A stretch of 64,000 nucleotides of DNA from Alphaproteobacteria bacterium (GTDB lineage: Bacteria; Pseudomonadota; Alphaproteobacteria; SPJN01), in assembly GCA_049609145.1 (NCBI GenBank), contig JBMYYF010000002.1, forward strand, positions 372,839 through 436,838, in the 5' to 3' direction. Below are positions 43,800 to 53,528 of this stretch, in pieces. Within the stretch, counting starts at the first letter, position 1. Each line of letters opens with the position of its first letter. The notes under the pieces are model-generated. The model saw nothing but the letters and a program-made list of their open reading frames with translations. It did no database searches and had not been told where the DNA came from. Both the position numbers and the translations under genes were made by a program.

Positions 43800-45022
43800 T
43801 CAGCAACCGCCGCCGCCACCGCATCAAAGAACAGATAGGCTTCCGCGCCCATGGCATCCACCCAGCCTTCGGGCCAGCTTGATGTCATGGCGATCACCAA
43901 TTCATGCTCTGGCATTACTTGAATAAACTGGCCGAACACCCCTTGGGCTGAATAGTCGTTGGCCCGCGTCCACCACTGATATTGGTAGCCGATATAATCA
44001 TCATCCGCGAACAGCTTGCCCGGCATTACATGCGGTTTGCTGGATTGGGTCGCGCGTTTCACCCAGCCTTCCGGCAACAGGCGTTGGCCGTGCCACACGC
44101 CATCCAGCCGGTAGAGTTCGCCCAGCCGTGCATAATCCCGCAAGGCCATGTTCAGGCAACACCCGGCTTGTTCCATGCCGCGGGTGCTGTCCAGCGCCCA
44201 TGTCGCGTCGTGCAATTGGCCAAGCGGTTGCCAGATCTTCTCCGACAGATAGGCAGAAAGTGATTTGCCTGTCACGCGCCGCACCAGCGCCCCCAAAACC
44301 TGCGTTTCAGCCGTGTTGTAGTTAAACACCGTGCCGGGTTCGTGAATGCGATCAAAAATAGCCGCCGCCTCGTTCGCGGGCAAAACATTGCCAATGACGG
44401 ACGTACCCATGAATATACCAATATCTGTTATCAGGTCGCCCGGCCCGTATGTTTCCGTGAATTTAATGCCGGATGACATTTGCAGCGCCTGTTCAATGCT
44501 CACCCCCTCATAGGCGGTGCCTTCAAGTTCCGGTAAATAGCCGGTCAACGGGTCTTCCAATGATTGGATAAGCCCGTCGCCTTCTGCTAACCCCACCAAA
44601 GTTGCGACAACAGATTTCGCCACCGACATAGAGGTGAAGCGGGTGTGGGTATCTGTGCCTTCGGCATAACGCTCATAAATCAACTCACCCTTATGGATGA
44701 TAACCAAGCCGCGTGTTTTGTTGCGGGTGAAGAAATCATCCAGCCCGTATGTTTTGCCACCGGCCTGATAGCTGAGGTGAGAAAGGTCTTGCCTATCCTC
44801 TGGCCATGCACGCACAGGCCCGGCGCGTGAAACAGTGCGGCTCGGGAAGTTTTCCGCAAAGGTGGAAAGCGCATGGGCGTGATCTGCGGGCGTGCCATAG
44901 GTGGCGTCAAAGGCCCCCATGCGGGCTTGCAAAGTATTGAACCAAGGCAGGGTGATAGTCACATAGGCCGCCGCAACCACCATCACGGACAGAACAATCA
45001 GCCATTTCAAAATTTTCAACAT
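43796..45022 (-). CDS. serine hydrolase (beta-lactamase/esterase class C family), membrane-anchored
   Basis: N-terminal TM/signal, S-x-x-K motif (SMSVAK), length 408 aa. Confidence 0.8.
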   Translation of the reverse strand: MLKILKWLIVLSVMVVAAAYVTITLPWFNTLQARMGAFDATYGTPADHAHALSTFAENFPSRTVSRAGPVRAWPEDRQDLSHLSYQAGGKTYGLDDFFTRNKTRGLVIIHKGELIYERYAEGTDTHTRFTSMSVAKSVVATLVGLAEGDGLIQSLEDPLTGYLPELEGTAYEGVSIEQALQMSSGIKFTETYGPGDLITDIGIFMGTSVIGNVLPANEAAAIFDRIHEPGTVFNYNTAETQVLGALVRRVTGKSLSAYLSEKIWQPLGQLHDATWALDSTRGMEQAGCCLNMALRDYARLGELYRLDGVWHGQRLLPEGWVKRATQSSKPHVMPGKLFADDDYIGYQYQWWTRANDYSAQGVFGQFIQVMPEHELVIAMTSSWPEGWVDAMGAEAYLFFDAVAAAVAD

Positions 45023-45025
45023 TGG

Positions 45026-45901
45026 TTAAGCCCCTGCGTTTTCGTCTATCTCTGCCTTGGTAGGTTGCGCTGATTGCGCCCCCAGTTTTGTGCAGGCCAA
45101 GCTGCCTGCAATCGCTGCTCGTTGCAAGGCGCTTTCAAGTTTATGCCCTTGGGCGAGCGCGGCGGCAAAGGCCCCGCTAAAACAATCGCCCGCGCCTGTG
45201 GTATCCACGGGCGTGATGGGCAGGGAAGGCACTGACACGGCTTCCCCCACAGGCGTTACTGCCGCAGCACCCTTTGCGCCCAGTGTTGTGATAACGATAC
45301 AGTCATGCTGTTGGGCCAGTCCGGCTGCATCCCCTTGCGGTGAAAGGGAAAGCAACTCCCCTTCATTCACAATCAGATAATCAAGGGCGGACAGCGCCTC
45401 ATTCGATATAGGCAGCGCAGGCGCAAGGTTAAGGATGATGGTCGTGCCCATCCGGCGCGCGCGTTCGATCAAGGTTTCTGTCTCTATGCGATCCAGTTCC
45501 ATCTGCACCAACAAAATATTATCTGGCCCCAACAAGTCATCGCCCACTTGATCAGCCCTAGCGTGTGAATTGGCACCAAGTGCCACCATGATGGCGTTTT
45601 CCCCACTGGCAGCAACAGAGATCGCTGCCATGCCGGTTGGTGCATCTGTGGTCTTCACCCCGGCAAGGTCCACGCCCGCGGTCCTTAGATTGGCAAGAAC
45701 GGGATCATCTATGCCCAATGCGCCCACGGCCCCAACCATGGTGACATCTGCCCCCGCGCGCCGTGCTGCCAGAGCCTGATTGGCCCCCTTGCCACCGGGG
45801 TGAAGCGACAAGCCCTCTGACAGGATAGTTTCCCCCGGCGCGGGGTTGTGATCTACGCGAAACACATGATCCATGATGATAGAGCCAAAGATGGTGAGCA
45901 T
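45026..45901 (-). CDS. rbsK: ribokinase / PfkB family carbohydrate kinase
   Basis: GGKGANQA and DTTGAGD motifs. Confidence 0.75.
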   Translation of the reverse strand: MLTIFGSIIMDHVFRVDHNPAPGETILSEGLSLHPGGKGANQALAARRAGADVTMVGAVGALGIDDPVLANLRTAGVDLAGVKTTDAPTGMAAISVAASGENAIMVALGANSHARADQVGDDLLGPDNILLVQMELDRIETETLIERARRMGTTIILNLAPALPISNEALSALDYLIVNEGELLSLSPQGDAAGLAQQHDCIVITTLGAKGAAAVTPVGEAVSVPSLPITPVDTTGAGDCFSGAFAAALAQGHKLESALQRAAIAGSLACTKLGAQSAQPTKAEIDENAGA

Positions 45902-45905
45902 GGCA

Positions 45906-46823
45906 CTAGATCCCGTGGCCGGGTTTTATCATCGCCTCATAACCGGGGCGGGCGTCATCGGGAATGGGAATGGCCTTGCGCGCCTTCAAATCAAAGGTCA
46001 CGGCAATCGCCTCAACCGAAGCGATGGGGTTCCCCCTATCGTCAAACATCCAATAGGCATGGGTGAAGGTTTTGCCACCCACATCGGAAAGTCCGCCCAT
46101 CACGAACAGAATATCGCCCGGCTTGGGTTCGCCAAAGCGGCACAGCCAATATTCAAGCGCCGCGCCGCCAATGCCATCTTTCGCGCGCTGCTCGCGGTCC
46201 ACATTCATTTCCGAAAATAAGGTGGGAATACCTTCCAGCAAGCCGCCGAGAAGTTGATAGGGGTCCATCAGCCCGTCGCTGTTAAACTGTTCGCTCTTGG
46301 CTTCAAAGCGCGCCGTTTCCAGCAAATTGCGGCCAATGGCGGTGGCAAGATCGGGCGTTTGGGTGGGCTTGGGACCGGGCAGACCTTTCGGGGCCGCATG
46401 GTCCGGCAATTGGGTCAAATCACTTTGCGCAATGGCTTTGGCTTCCGCGGGCAGGGGCACCGCATTGCTTTGTGCATCTACTAAAACAGTTTCGCTTGTC
46501 ATAGTGGCGCAAACCGCCCCATCCAATGTGCGGCAGATTTCTGTGCAAAGCCTTAAACCCGTATCAGAAATTTCAACCGGCGCGGTGCGCGCAAATAACG
46601 AGGCACCGGAATGGCATTCCTTCAGGAACCGCAAATGATGGTCGCGCGCCTGCGGCTTGATGTTCAGCGCCGTGCGCTGTGTCTGGCCAAGCCCGATATG
46701 GGCCAGATAGGCCCGTTGAGCTTGGCTGGCCTTGTCCAGATAAAAGCGCACATTCATGTGGCCCATATCATCAATATGCCAGCGGTTCACCATGCCGCGA
46801 TAGGTGATGGGCGCATGTTCCAT
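45906..46823 (-). CDS. tandem hot-dog fold acyl-CoA thioesterase family protein, paralog A
   Basis: 4HBT-like motif W.IDDMGHMNVRFY, a second hot-dog repeat, 305 aa. Confidence 0.6.
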   Translation of the reverse strand: MEHAPITYRGMVNRWHIDDMGHMNVRFYLDKASQAQRAYLAHIGLGQTQRTALNIKPQARDHHLRFLKECHSGASLFARTAPVEISDTGLRLCTEICRTLDGAVCATMTSETVLVDAQSNAVPLPAEAKAIAQSDLTQLPDHAAPKGLPGPKPTQTPDLATAIGRNLLETARFEAKSEQFNSDGLMDPYQLLGGLLEGIPTLFSEMNVDREQRAKDGIGGAALEYWLCRFGEPKPGDILFVMGGLSDVGGKTFTHAYWMFDDRGNPIASVEAIAVTFDLKARKAIPIPDDARPGYEAMIKPGHGI

Positions 46824-46833
46824 AAAACAGTTC

Positions 46834-47736
46834 CTAGATTTTCAGCAGGTTTTTCGACAATGCGGCGCGCTGCTCATCGCTGATCGGCAGGGCTTTGCGC
46901 GCCGTTTGATCAAATTGCACCGCAATCGTGTCGGAGGTTGTGTAAACCTCGCCCGTTTCCATATCGCTGATCCATTGCGCGAATTGCAGGGTCTTGTTGC
47001 CAAGTGCGTGCAAGCCCGCTTGGGCTTTTACGGGCGTCCCAAGGCGCGGCGCATTGTGATGACGCATGATAGTTTGCATGACCACACTGCCCGTATTGCC
47101 ATCCAGATGGTTTACGTCGATGCCGACATTTTTCCATTGCAGGGAGGCACTGTCGGAGCCGCGGCCCAAGGCAAAGCGGGCCCGCATCCGGCCGGTCCAA
47201 TCAAGTTCCTGCGCTTGCACGACAGATCGGCCCGCCTCGAACAAGCCAACTTTTTTGGCGTCTGCCGTTGTCGGGGCCACTTTGTCCAGCAGCAAATCCA
47301 TATGCCGGGGCATCAAGGTTGCATCAGGCGTTTCCAAATATTTGGTGGCCTGTTCGCGTATATCATCGCTCAAAGGGCGCGGCGTGAAATCATCCACCCC
47401 GATCAAATGCACAAGTTGCAGATTGGTCGCCGCAACTTCTCCCGTTGAGTCATTTTCCATGACGTGCAGCAGGGTCAGCGCTTTTTCCTCCACCGCGACC
47501 ATCATGGTTTTGATAACCACCGTGTCGGCCCCGCGCACCTCCCGCAAATAGGTGATGCGATCTTCCACCCCGCGTAATTGGCTTTGTTGCGCTTGTGCCA
47601 TGGCAGGCCCGTGGCCCAGATCAATGGCAATGATATCCAGCGATTGGTGAAACCAGTCCATATAGAATTGCACATTGAGATGGTTGTTCTCATCCATCTC
47701 CCACATATTGGCAAAGCCGGTATAGCCGTTCAGCAT
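46834..47736 (-). CDS. tandem hot-dog fold acyl-CoA thioesterase family protein, paralog B
   Basis: Homologous to paralog A (W.MDENNHLNVQFY). The start at 47736 abuts the upstream SDR stop. Confidence 0.6.
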   Translation of the reverse strand: MLNGYTGFANMWEMDENNHLNVQFYMDWFHQSLDIIAIDLGHGPAMAQAQQSQLRGVEDRITYLREVRGADTVVIKTMMVAVEEKALTLLHVMENDSTGEVAATNLQLVHLIGVDDFTPRPLSDDIREQATKYLETPDATLMPRHMDLLLDKVAPTTADAKKVGLFEAGRSVVQAQELDWTGRMRARFALGRGSDSASLQWKNVGIDVNHLDGNTGSVVMQTIMRHHNAPRLGTPVKAQAGLHALGNKTLQFAQWISDMETGEVYTTSDTIAVQFDQTARKALPISDEQRAALSKNLLKI

Positions 47737-47737
47737 A

Positions 47738-48532
47738 TTAGTCTTCTGCCCTTTTGTTATAGGCCGCCATAATGGCGGCATGGCGGGCCTCTATATCCGG
47801 CCCGCGTTTGTTGCCCGCCACAACGCAGTAGCTTTCGCCTGCCGCCAAATCATCCAAGGCCGCTTCGGCGACATAGGTGGGTGAAGCGCCATTGTCGCGC
47901 CAATTGGCCCCGATTTCATGGGGCAGGTCGCGCGCACCGCCATAAGCGCTTGGGCGCGCCTGTTTGCCGTTCCAGATATTGCTGTCCACAAGGCCGGGGC
48001 AAAAGGCCGTTACCTGAAAGCCCTTCGGCCCCAGTTCCGCCATGGCGTTTTCCGCGATCGCCAGCACCATATGCTTGGTGACTTCATAAAAGCCGTTTTC
48101 CGCAGGCGGTGTCAGCGATACCATGGAGGCGGTGATCAACATGGCTTTTTCGGCCCGCGGTTCCATCAAGGGCGTGAAGGCGCGCAACGTGTGCAGCGTG
48201 CCCCACAAATTTACATCCATCAGCCATTTTAGGTCTGCGGCGCGTGCGCTGATGGCCCCGCCAACCGTGCCCACGCCCGCATTGGCGCATAGCACATCGC
48301 AGCCGCCAAAGCGGTCGCGCACCTGATCGGCAAGGGCGTTGACGCTTGCTTCATCGGTCACATCAACGGCGATGCCTGTTGCGCCAATCTCTTGCGCCGC
48401 TGGTTGCAAAACGTCTTCGCGAATGTCCGCCAGCACGACTTCTGCGCCGCGGGCTTTCAAGCCTGCGCCCAGCGCCAGCCCAATGCCGGAGGCACCGCCC
48501 GTTACAACCGCAATCTTGCCTGCATAGTCCAT
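47738..48532 (-). CDS. SDR family oxidoreductase
   Basis: Rossmann motif TGGASGIG. Confidence 0.85.
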   Translation of the reverse strand: MDYAGKIAVVTGGASGIGLALGAGLKARGAEVVLADIREDVLQPAAQEIGATGIAVDVTDEASVNALADQVRDRFGGCDVLCANAGVGTVGGAISARAADLKWLMDVNLWGTLHTLRAFTPLMEPRAEKAMLITASMVSLTPPAENGFYEVTKHMVLAIAENAMAELGPKGFQVTAFCPGLVDSNIWNGKQARPSAYGGARDLPHEIGANWRDNGASPTYVAEAALDDLAAGESYCVVAGNKRGPDIEARHAAIMAAYNKRAED

Positions 48533-48538
48533 TCGAAA

Positions 48539-48850
48539 TTATCCGGGCAGCCCGCGCTCAAATTCCTCGGCGCGGTAGAACTTCACATCCATGCCCAAAA
48601 TTTTGATGCCGCCAATGCCGCCCAAAAAAGCGGCCATATGCGGTTCGTTGAAATGCGCATCAAGCGCGTCTTCACTTACCCATTCTTCCACCACGCGAAA
48701 CGCACCGGCTTGCAGCGGGTCTTCATAAAACCCGTAGGAAAGGCAACCTGCTTCGGCGCGGCTCGCCTCCACCATGGGGCGCATAAGCTCAACCGCTTTG
48801 TCGCGATCTGCGGGATCAATGGTGATGGGTCCGGTAACGATGATGGACAT
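48539..48850 (-). CDS. antibiotic-biosynthesis-monooxygenase (ABM) domain protein
   Basis: A 103-aa ferredoxin-like ABM pattern. RBS GGGGGA precedes the Met at 48850. Confidence 0.65.
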   Translation of the reverse strand: MSIIVTGPITIDPADRDKAVELMRPMVEASRAEAGCLSYGFYEDPLQAGAFRVVEEWVSEDALDAHFNEPHMAAFLGGIGGIKILGMDVKFYRAEEFERGLPG

Positions 48851-49063
48851 GGATGTTTCCCCCAATATGTCGTTTACAAAGCAAGGCCCCACTCGGGTGA
48901 GCAGGGCCTCCTCGCTCATTTGATTCTAGCATACAGCAAATTGGCTTTAAGTAGACAAAAAGCTAATTTGCATCAGCCCGCAAGTGCGGGCCGCCAACAG
49001 TTTGGCGCCCCCCAAGAAAACGAGGGGAGCCGTGGTGCAAAGCACCACTGGCGTGAGCGTAAA

Positions 49064-49918
49064 CTAATTGAGTTCTACCAAGCCGTTGTTCAGCACAACC
49101 TTGCCGGTTTCCTTCACGGACGCGCGCAGGGAAATTTGGTTTCCGTCTTTCCAATATTCCGTCACGATGGTTTGGCCCGGCATAACCGGGCTGGCGAAAC
49201 GCACATTGTATGTTTTGATTTTGGCCGGATCATAATCCACCAAATTGGTCAGCACGCCGCGGCACACCGTGCCATAGGTGCAAAGCCCGTGCAAAATGGG
49301 CTGATCATAGCCGGCCATCTTGGCGAATTCCGGGTCTGAATGCAGCGGGTTGCGATCGCCGGAGAGACGGTAAAGCAGCGCTTGATCGGGCCGCGTATCG
49401 CATTCGAAGGAACCATCTGCTTCACGTTCTGGCATCACATGCGGTTCCGGCGCGCCTTCGGTTGGGCCGCCAAAGCCGCCATCACCGCGGCAAAAGGCTG
49501 TCATTTGCAGGGTGCAGATTTCATCGCCCGTATCTTTTTCCGTCACGGTGGTTTCGGTAATCACCAGTGCGCCTTTGCCTTCGCCCTTGTCATAGGCCCC
49601 GGCAATGCGGCTTTCCATGGTGATGGTGCCTTGTGCGGGCAGCGGTTTTTTGAACGTCAGCCGTTGTTCCCCATGCAGCAGCAGCATGAAGTTAATGCCG
49701 GATGTGGCGAGGAAGCCCTGCGCCGCAAAGGTCAGCACGGTTGCCATGGAAGGCACGGCTTTCAAGCCATTTTCATAGACGAAAGGCAGCTCATCTGTGT
49801 TCATCGGGTCACGGCCAAAGCCCACGCCCAAAGCGTAAAGCATGGTTTCTGTATCGCGATAGGTCACGTCGGTGGGTTCGCCCTTCAGGCTCATAATATG
49901 ATCGTAGTCGATTGCCAT
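49064..49918 (-). CDS. MaoC-like (R)-specific enoyl-CoA hydratase / double hot-dog dehydratase
   Basis: MFE-2 hydratase-like N-terminus (MAIDYDHIMSLKG...) and a C-terminal MaoC hot-dog domain. Confidence 0.75.
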   Translation of the reverse strand: MAIDYDHIMSLKGEPTDVTYRDTETMLYALGVGFGRDPMNTDELPFVYENGLKAVPSMATVLTFAAQGFLATSGINFMLLLHGEQRLTFKKPLPAQGTITMESRIAGAYDKGEGKGALVITETTVTEKDTGDEICTLQMTAFCRGDGGFGGPTEGAPEPHVMPEREADGSFECDTRPDQALLYRLSGDRNPLHSDPEFAKMAGYDQPILHGLCTYGTVCRGVLTNLVDYDPAKIKTYNVRFASPVMPGQTIVTEYWKDGNQISLRASVKETGKVVLNNGLVELN

Positions 49919-50039
49919 GGATTGGCTCCTTAAACTTTTTACCCGTGAGTCAAATTTCTGCGGCGGATTTGACCCCATTTCAGGGGCGATGTGAAGGGGG
50001 AAGTTTGATAAAAGGGAGAAAACCGAGGGGGTAAACGGC

Positions 50040-52181
50040 ATGAAGATTGTGAAATGGCTTGGCGGCACGGTTCTGGCGTTGCTGGTGCTTATCGTGGGCG
50101 TCGGTGCCTATCGCAGCCTCACCGCGCTGCCGTCGCCCCCGCTGATGATCGAGGGCGGCACACTCACCTTCGCCGAAGGGGTGGAAGGCACCTATGAAGC
50201 AGGCGACATCAAGGTCGTGCTGGGCGGAGCGCATGGCATTGAGGTGTTCAACAAGGGCGAAGAGGTCCTCAAAGGCCCGAAAGACGCGCCGTTCATTTGG
50301 GCTGCCAATGGTTCGATTGAGTATGTGGGGGCGGGTGATACTTTCTTGCCTGCCTTCAGCGATTTTCAGCCATGCCAGGCTTTAGAAGTGACAGGGGCAG
50401 AGGCCCGCAAAACGGTCACTTTGGATTTTGTAGTCTCGTGTTCGGAGGAAACAGAAGGCGGGCGCTTGAACATTGTTACGGATAATGCCGGAACACATCT
50501 CTCTCTTGGGTCTAATATACCTATAGGTATGGCTTTTGCGCGTGAGAATAGCGCGCCGATTTTTGGGGGCGGGGAACAATTCTCCGCAGCCAATCTGGAT
50601 GGTCTTTATGTGCCGCTCATCACGGCAGAACAAGGCATTGGGCGCGGCGACCAACCTTTTTCGGCTTTGGTGAACGCGCTGCTGCCGGGCGTCACGGGTG
50701 ATTGGTATTCAAGCTATGCGCCATCAGGTGTTTTCGTAACCGCGCATGACAAAACAGTGGTCGCGCGCGCGGCGGGCTTTGGGGCAATTGATTTGCGTCA
50801 GGGCGATCGTGTGGGTTTTTGGAGTGACGATGTCTTGGCCGTAACAGTCGAGGCGGCCCCGCAGGCCATGCGCCCGCTGCCCGATTGGATCGGGGAAGGG
50901 GCCGTGCTCGGCATTCAGGGCGGCAGTGATGTTGTGCGAGCGAAGGTGAAAGCCGCTCAAGAAGCGGGTGTGCCACTAGCTGGCGTTTGGTTGCAGGATT
51001 GGCAAGGCCAGCGCCGCATCGATAATTCAGAGCGCCTGTGGTGGAACTGGGTGCTGGACCGCGACCGCTATCCCGGCTGGGAGGAACTGGTAGCCGATCT
51101 CAAAGCAGATGGCATTCGCGTCATGACTTATATCAATCCCTATCTGGTCGATGTGGGAAATGAGTTGCCGGGCCGCCGCAATCTCTACCAAGAAGCGAAA
51201 GCTAAAGGCTATCTGGTCACGACAGACGAGGGGGCGGTGCGCTACATTCATTCCGGCACCATCAAGGCCGGGGTAATTGATCTGTTCAATCATAAGGCGG
51301 CGGATTGGTATGCGGGCATCATTAGCGAAAATCTCATCGGCACCGGGGCGTCTGGCTTTATGGCCGACTTTGGAGAGAGCTTCCCGATGGAATGGGGTGT
51401 AAGATTGCACAACCAATACCCCGTCCTGTGGGCGAAGACCGTCCGCAAAGCGATTGATGCGGCCCCAAATGGCGATCAAATCGTTGCCTTCCATCGCTCC
51501 GGTTTCACCGATAGCCCGCGCCACGCCACCGCCTTTTGGGCAGGCGATCAGTTGGTGACATGGGGCAAGCATGATGGCTTCAAATCCGCCATCACCGCCA
51601 TGATGACGGGCAGTATTTCCGGCATGGCCTATAATCACTCGGATATTGGCGGTTACACCACGGTGGTGACGCCCTTTACCGATATTCGCCGAGATAAGGA
51701 GCTGTTCCAACGCTGGACAGAATTTGCGGCCTTTACCCCCATTTTCCGCACCCATGAAGGCAATCAGCCGCGGGAGAACCACCAGTTTGATACAGATGCG
51801 GAAACACTCACCCATTTCGCCAAAATGACCCGGCTGTTTCGCTGCCTGCACCCTTATCGCAAGCGCTTGATGGCAGAACACAGCCAAACCGGCGCGCCGC
51901 TCATGCGTCATCCATGGCTGCATTACCCGGATGACAAGCGTTTCCACCCCATGACCTATCAGCAAATGATGCTGGGGGCGGATATGATGGTCGTGCCCGT
52001 ATCCGATCCGGGCCTCTCAACTGTCAGCGCCTATTTGCCCGATGATGGGTGGGAGCTGTTCTGGTCCGGCAAGGTGTATCAGGCAGGCGATCACCAAGTC
52101 GCCGCGCCCATTGGTCAACCCGCTTTCTTTGTGCGCGCGGGCAGTGCGGTAAAACGCGAACTTGAAGCCTGCCGTCTTTAA
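50040..52181 (+). CDS. glycoside hydrolase family 31, N-terminally membrane-anchored
   Basis: GH31 catalytic-region motifs (GFMADFGE, WAGDQ). N-terminal TM/signal. Length 713 aa. Confidence 0.75.
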   Translation: MKIVKWLGGTVLALLVLIVGVGAYRSLTALPSPPLMIEGGTLTFAEGVEGTYEAGDIKVVLGGAHGIEVFNKGEEVLKGPKDAPFIWAANGSIEYVGAGDTFLPAFSDFQPCQALEVTGAEARKTVTLDFVVSCSEETEGGRLNIVTDNAGTHLSLGSNIPIGMAFARENSAPIFGGGEQFSAANLDGLYVPLITAEQGIGRGDQPFSALVNALLPGVTGDWYSSYAPSGVFVTAHDKTVVARAAGFGAIDLRQGDRVGFWSDDVLAVTVEAAPQAMRPLPDWIGEGAVLGIQGGSDVVRAKVKAAQEAGVPLAGVWLQDWQGQRRIDNSERLWWNWVLDRDRYPGWEELVADLKADGIRVMTYINPYLVDVGNELPGRRNLYQEAKAKGYLVTTDEGAVRYIHSGTIKAGVIDLFNHKAADWYAGIISENLIGTGASGFMADFGESFPMEWGVRLHNQYPVLWAKTVRKAIDAAPNGDQIVAFHRSGFTDSPRHATAFWAGDQLVTWGKHDGFKSAITAMMTGSISGMAYNHSDIGGYTTVVTPFTDIRRDKELFQRWTEFAAFTPIFRTHEGNQPRENHQFDTDAETLTHFAKMTRLFRCLHPYRKRLMAEHSQTGAPLMRHPWLHYPDDKRFHPMTYQQMMLGADMMVVPVSDPGLSTVSAYLPDDGWELFWSGKVYQAGDHQVAAPIGQPAFFVRAGSAVKRELEACRL

Positions 52182-52217
52182 GCTTACGTCACCTCTAACT
52201 TTTGGGGGCACGTGGCG

Positions 52218-53528
52218 ATGAATTTGAAGCACAATCCGTATTACCGTTCGTGGCGCATGATCGGCGGCATGATCCCCATTATGGTGGCCTTCAAAATGGC
52301 AAGCTGGATGGAACGCTTTCGCGACCGGGAAGCTCATTTAGCGGCGGTGGACGCGGTGCATCTCAAAACCGCGCGTACCTTGCGCCGGTTGGCGGAAGAT
52401 CTGGAAGGCATCACCATCAAGTCGGCGCAGGTTGTTGGCGCGCGCGGCGATTTGGTGCCGCAAGCCTATGCAGATGAACTGGGCAAGTTTCACGACGCGG
52501 TAGACCCCCACCCGTTCGAGGTGGTGCGTGTGCAGGTTGAACGCGCCATTGGCGGGCCGGTTGAAACAGCCTTTGCAGAATTCGATCAACAGGCGATTGC
52601 TGCGGCATCGTTGGCGCAGGTCCATCGCGCCACCTTGAAAGATGGCCGCGTTGTCGCTGTCAAAATTCAATATCCAGAGGCCGAGCGCCTGATCAAAACC
52701 GACACCGCAACCATGCGGTTTTTAACGCGCGTCGCGTCCAAGCTTGTGGGCTTTGATGCCACCCCGTTCGCGAAGGATTTTTCGGAGCAACTCCAATTCG
52801 AGCTGGAGTTTGATCGCGAGGCCAAGGCCATGAAGCGCGTGCGGGAGATGTTCGCCGATACCGATCATATCGCCGTGCCCATCGAGGTGCCGGAACTATC
52901 CAACGAACGTGTGCTCACCATGACATGGCTGGAAGGCACGCCGCTTTCCAACCCCGCGCAATTGAAAGCTGAAGGCCATGATCTGCAATTGGCGGCAGAT
53001 CGCATTGGGCAAGCCTATGTGCGCATGATCTTCAAGGAAGAGTTTTTTCACGGAGATCCGCATCCCGGCAATTTGCGTATCACGCCCGATGGCAAATTGG
53101 GCCTGCTTGATTTTGGCCTGTCGCGGGATTTGCCGCCGGGCTTCGGTAAGGCGATGGCGCAATTCATTGCCGCGGCGCTGATGAAGGATTTGGAAACAGG
53201 GCGCGAGGCCGCCAAGCGCGCGGGCATTTTGGGTGATGATGAAGACATCAAAACCGTGATGAAGCTGTTTGCCGAATTTGTCTCCGGCAATGCTGCCGCG
53301 CGCGAAGCCGCCGCCATTCGCGAAGGCAAGGAACCCGATCAGCCGCCCATCATGCCAAACCTTAAAGTGCCGCCGCACATCACTTTGGTGCTGCGTGCCA
53401 TGAGCCTGCTGGACGGTCTCTCAGCTCGCCTTACACCCGGTGAACAACGGGTGCAGGCGGCCTTGATGACAGCGCTGATGCAAGCAGTTCAAGAAGACAA
53501 TCAGGACAAAGCTGCCGTGGGCGTCTAG
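52218..53528 (+). CDS. ABC1/UbiB-family atypical protein kinase
   Basis: ADCK/UbiB signatures (AAASLAQVHRA, VAVKIQYP, HGDPHPGN). Confidence 0.8.
   Translation: MNLKHNPYYRSWRMIGGMIPIMVAFKMASWMERFRDREAHLAAVDAVHLKTARTLRRLAEDLEGITIKSAQVVGARGDLVPQAYADELGKFHDAVDPHPFEVVRVQVERAIGGPVETAFAEFDQQAIAAASLAQVHRATLKDGRVVAVKIQYPEAERLIKTDTATMRFLTRVASKLVGFDATPFAKDFSEQLQFELEFDREAKAMKRVREMFADTDHIAVPIEVPELSNERVLTMTWLEGTPLSNPAQLKAEGHDLQLAADRIGQAYVRMIFKEEFFHGDPHPGNLRITPDGKLGLLDFGLSRDLPPGFGKAMAQFIAAALMKDLETGREAAKRAGILGDDEDIKTVMKLFAEFVSGNAAAREAAAIREGKEPDQPPIMPNLKVPPHITLVLRAMSLLDGLSARLTPGEQRVQAALMTALMQAVQEDNQDKAAVGV

Noticed and set aside
50040-52181. Calling the GH31 enzyme a sulfoquinovosidase (YihQ-like).
   Set aside because: The resemblance is limited to a short motif near the nucleophile that I recall only approximately. 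There are no sulfoglycolysis neighbours, so it is kept as a generic GH31.
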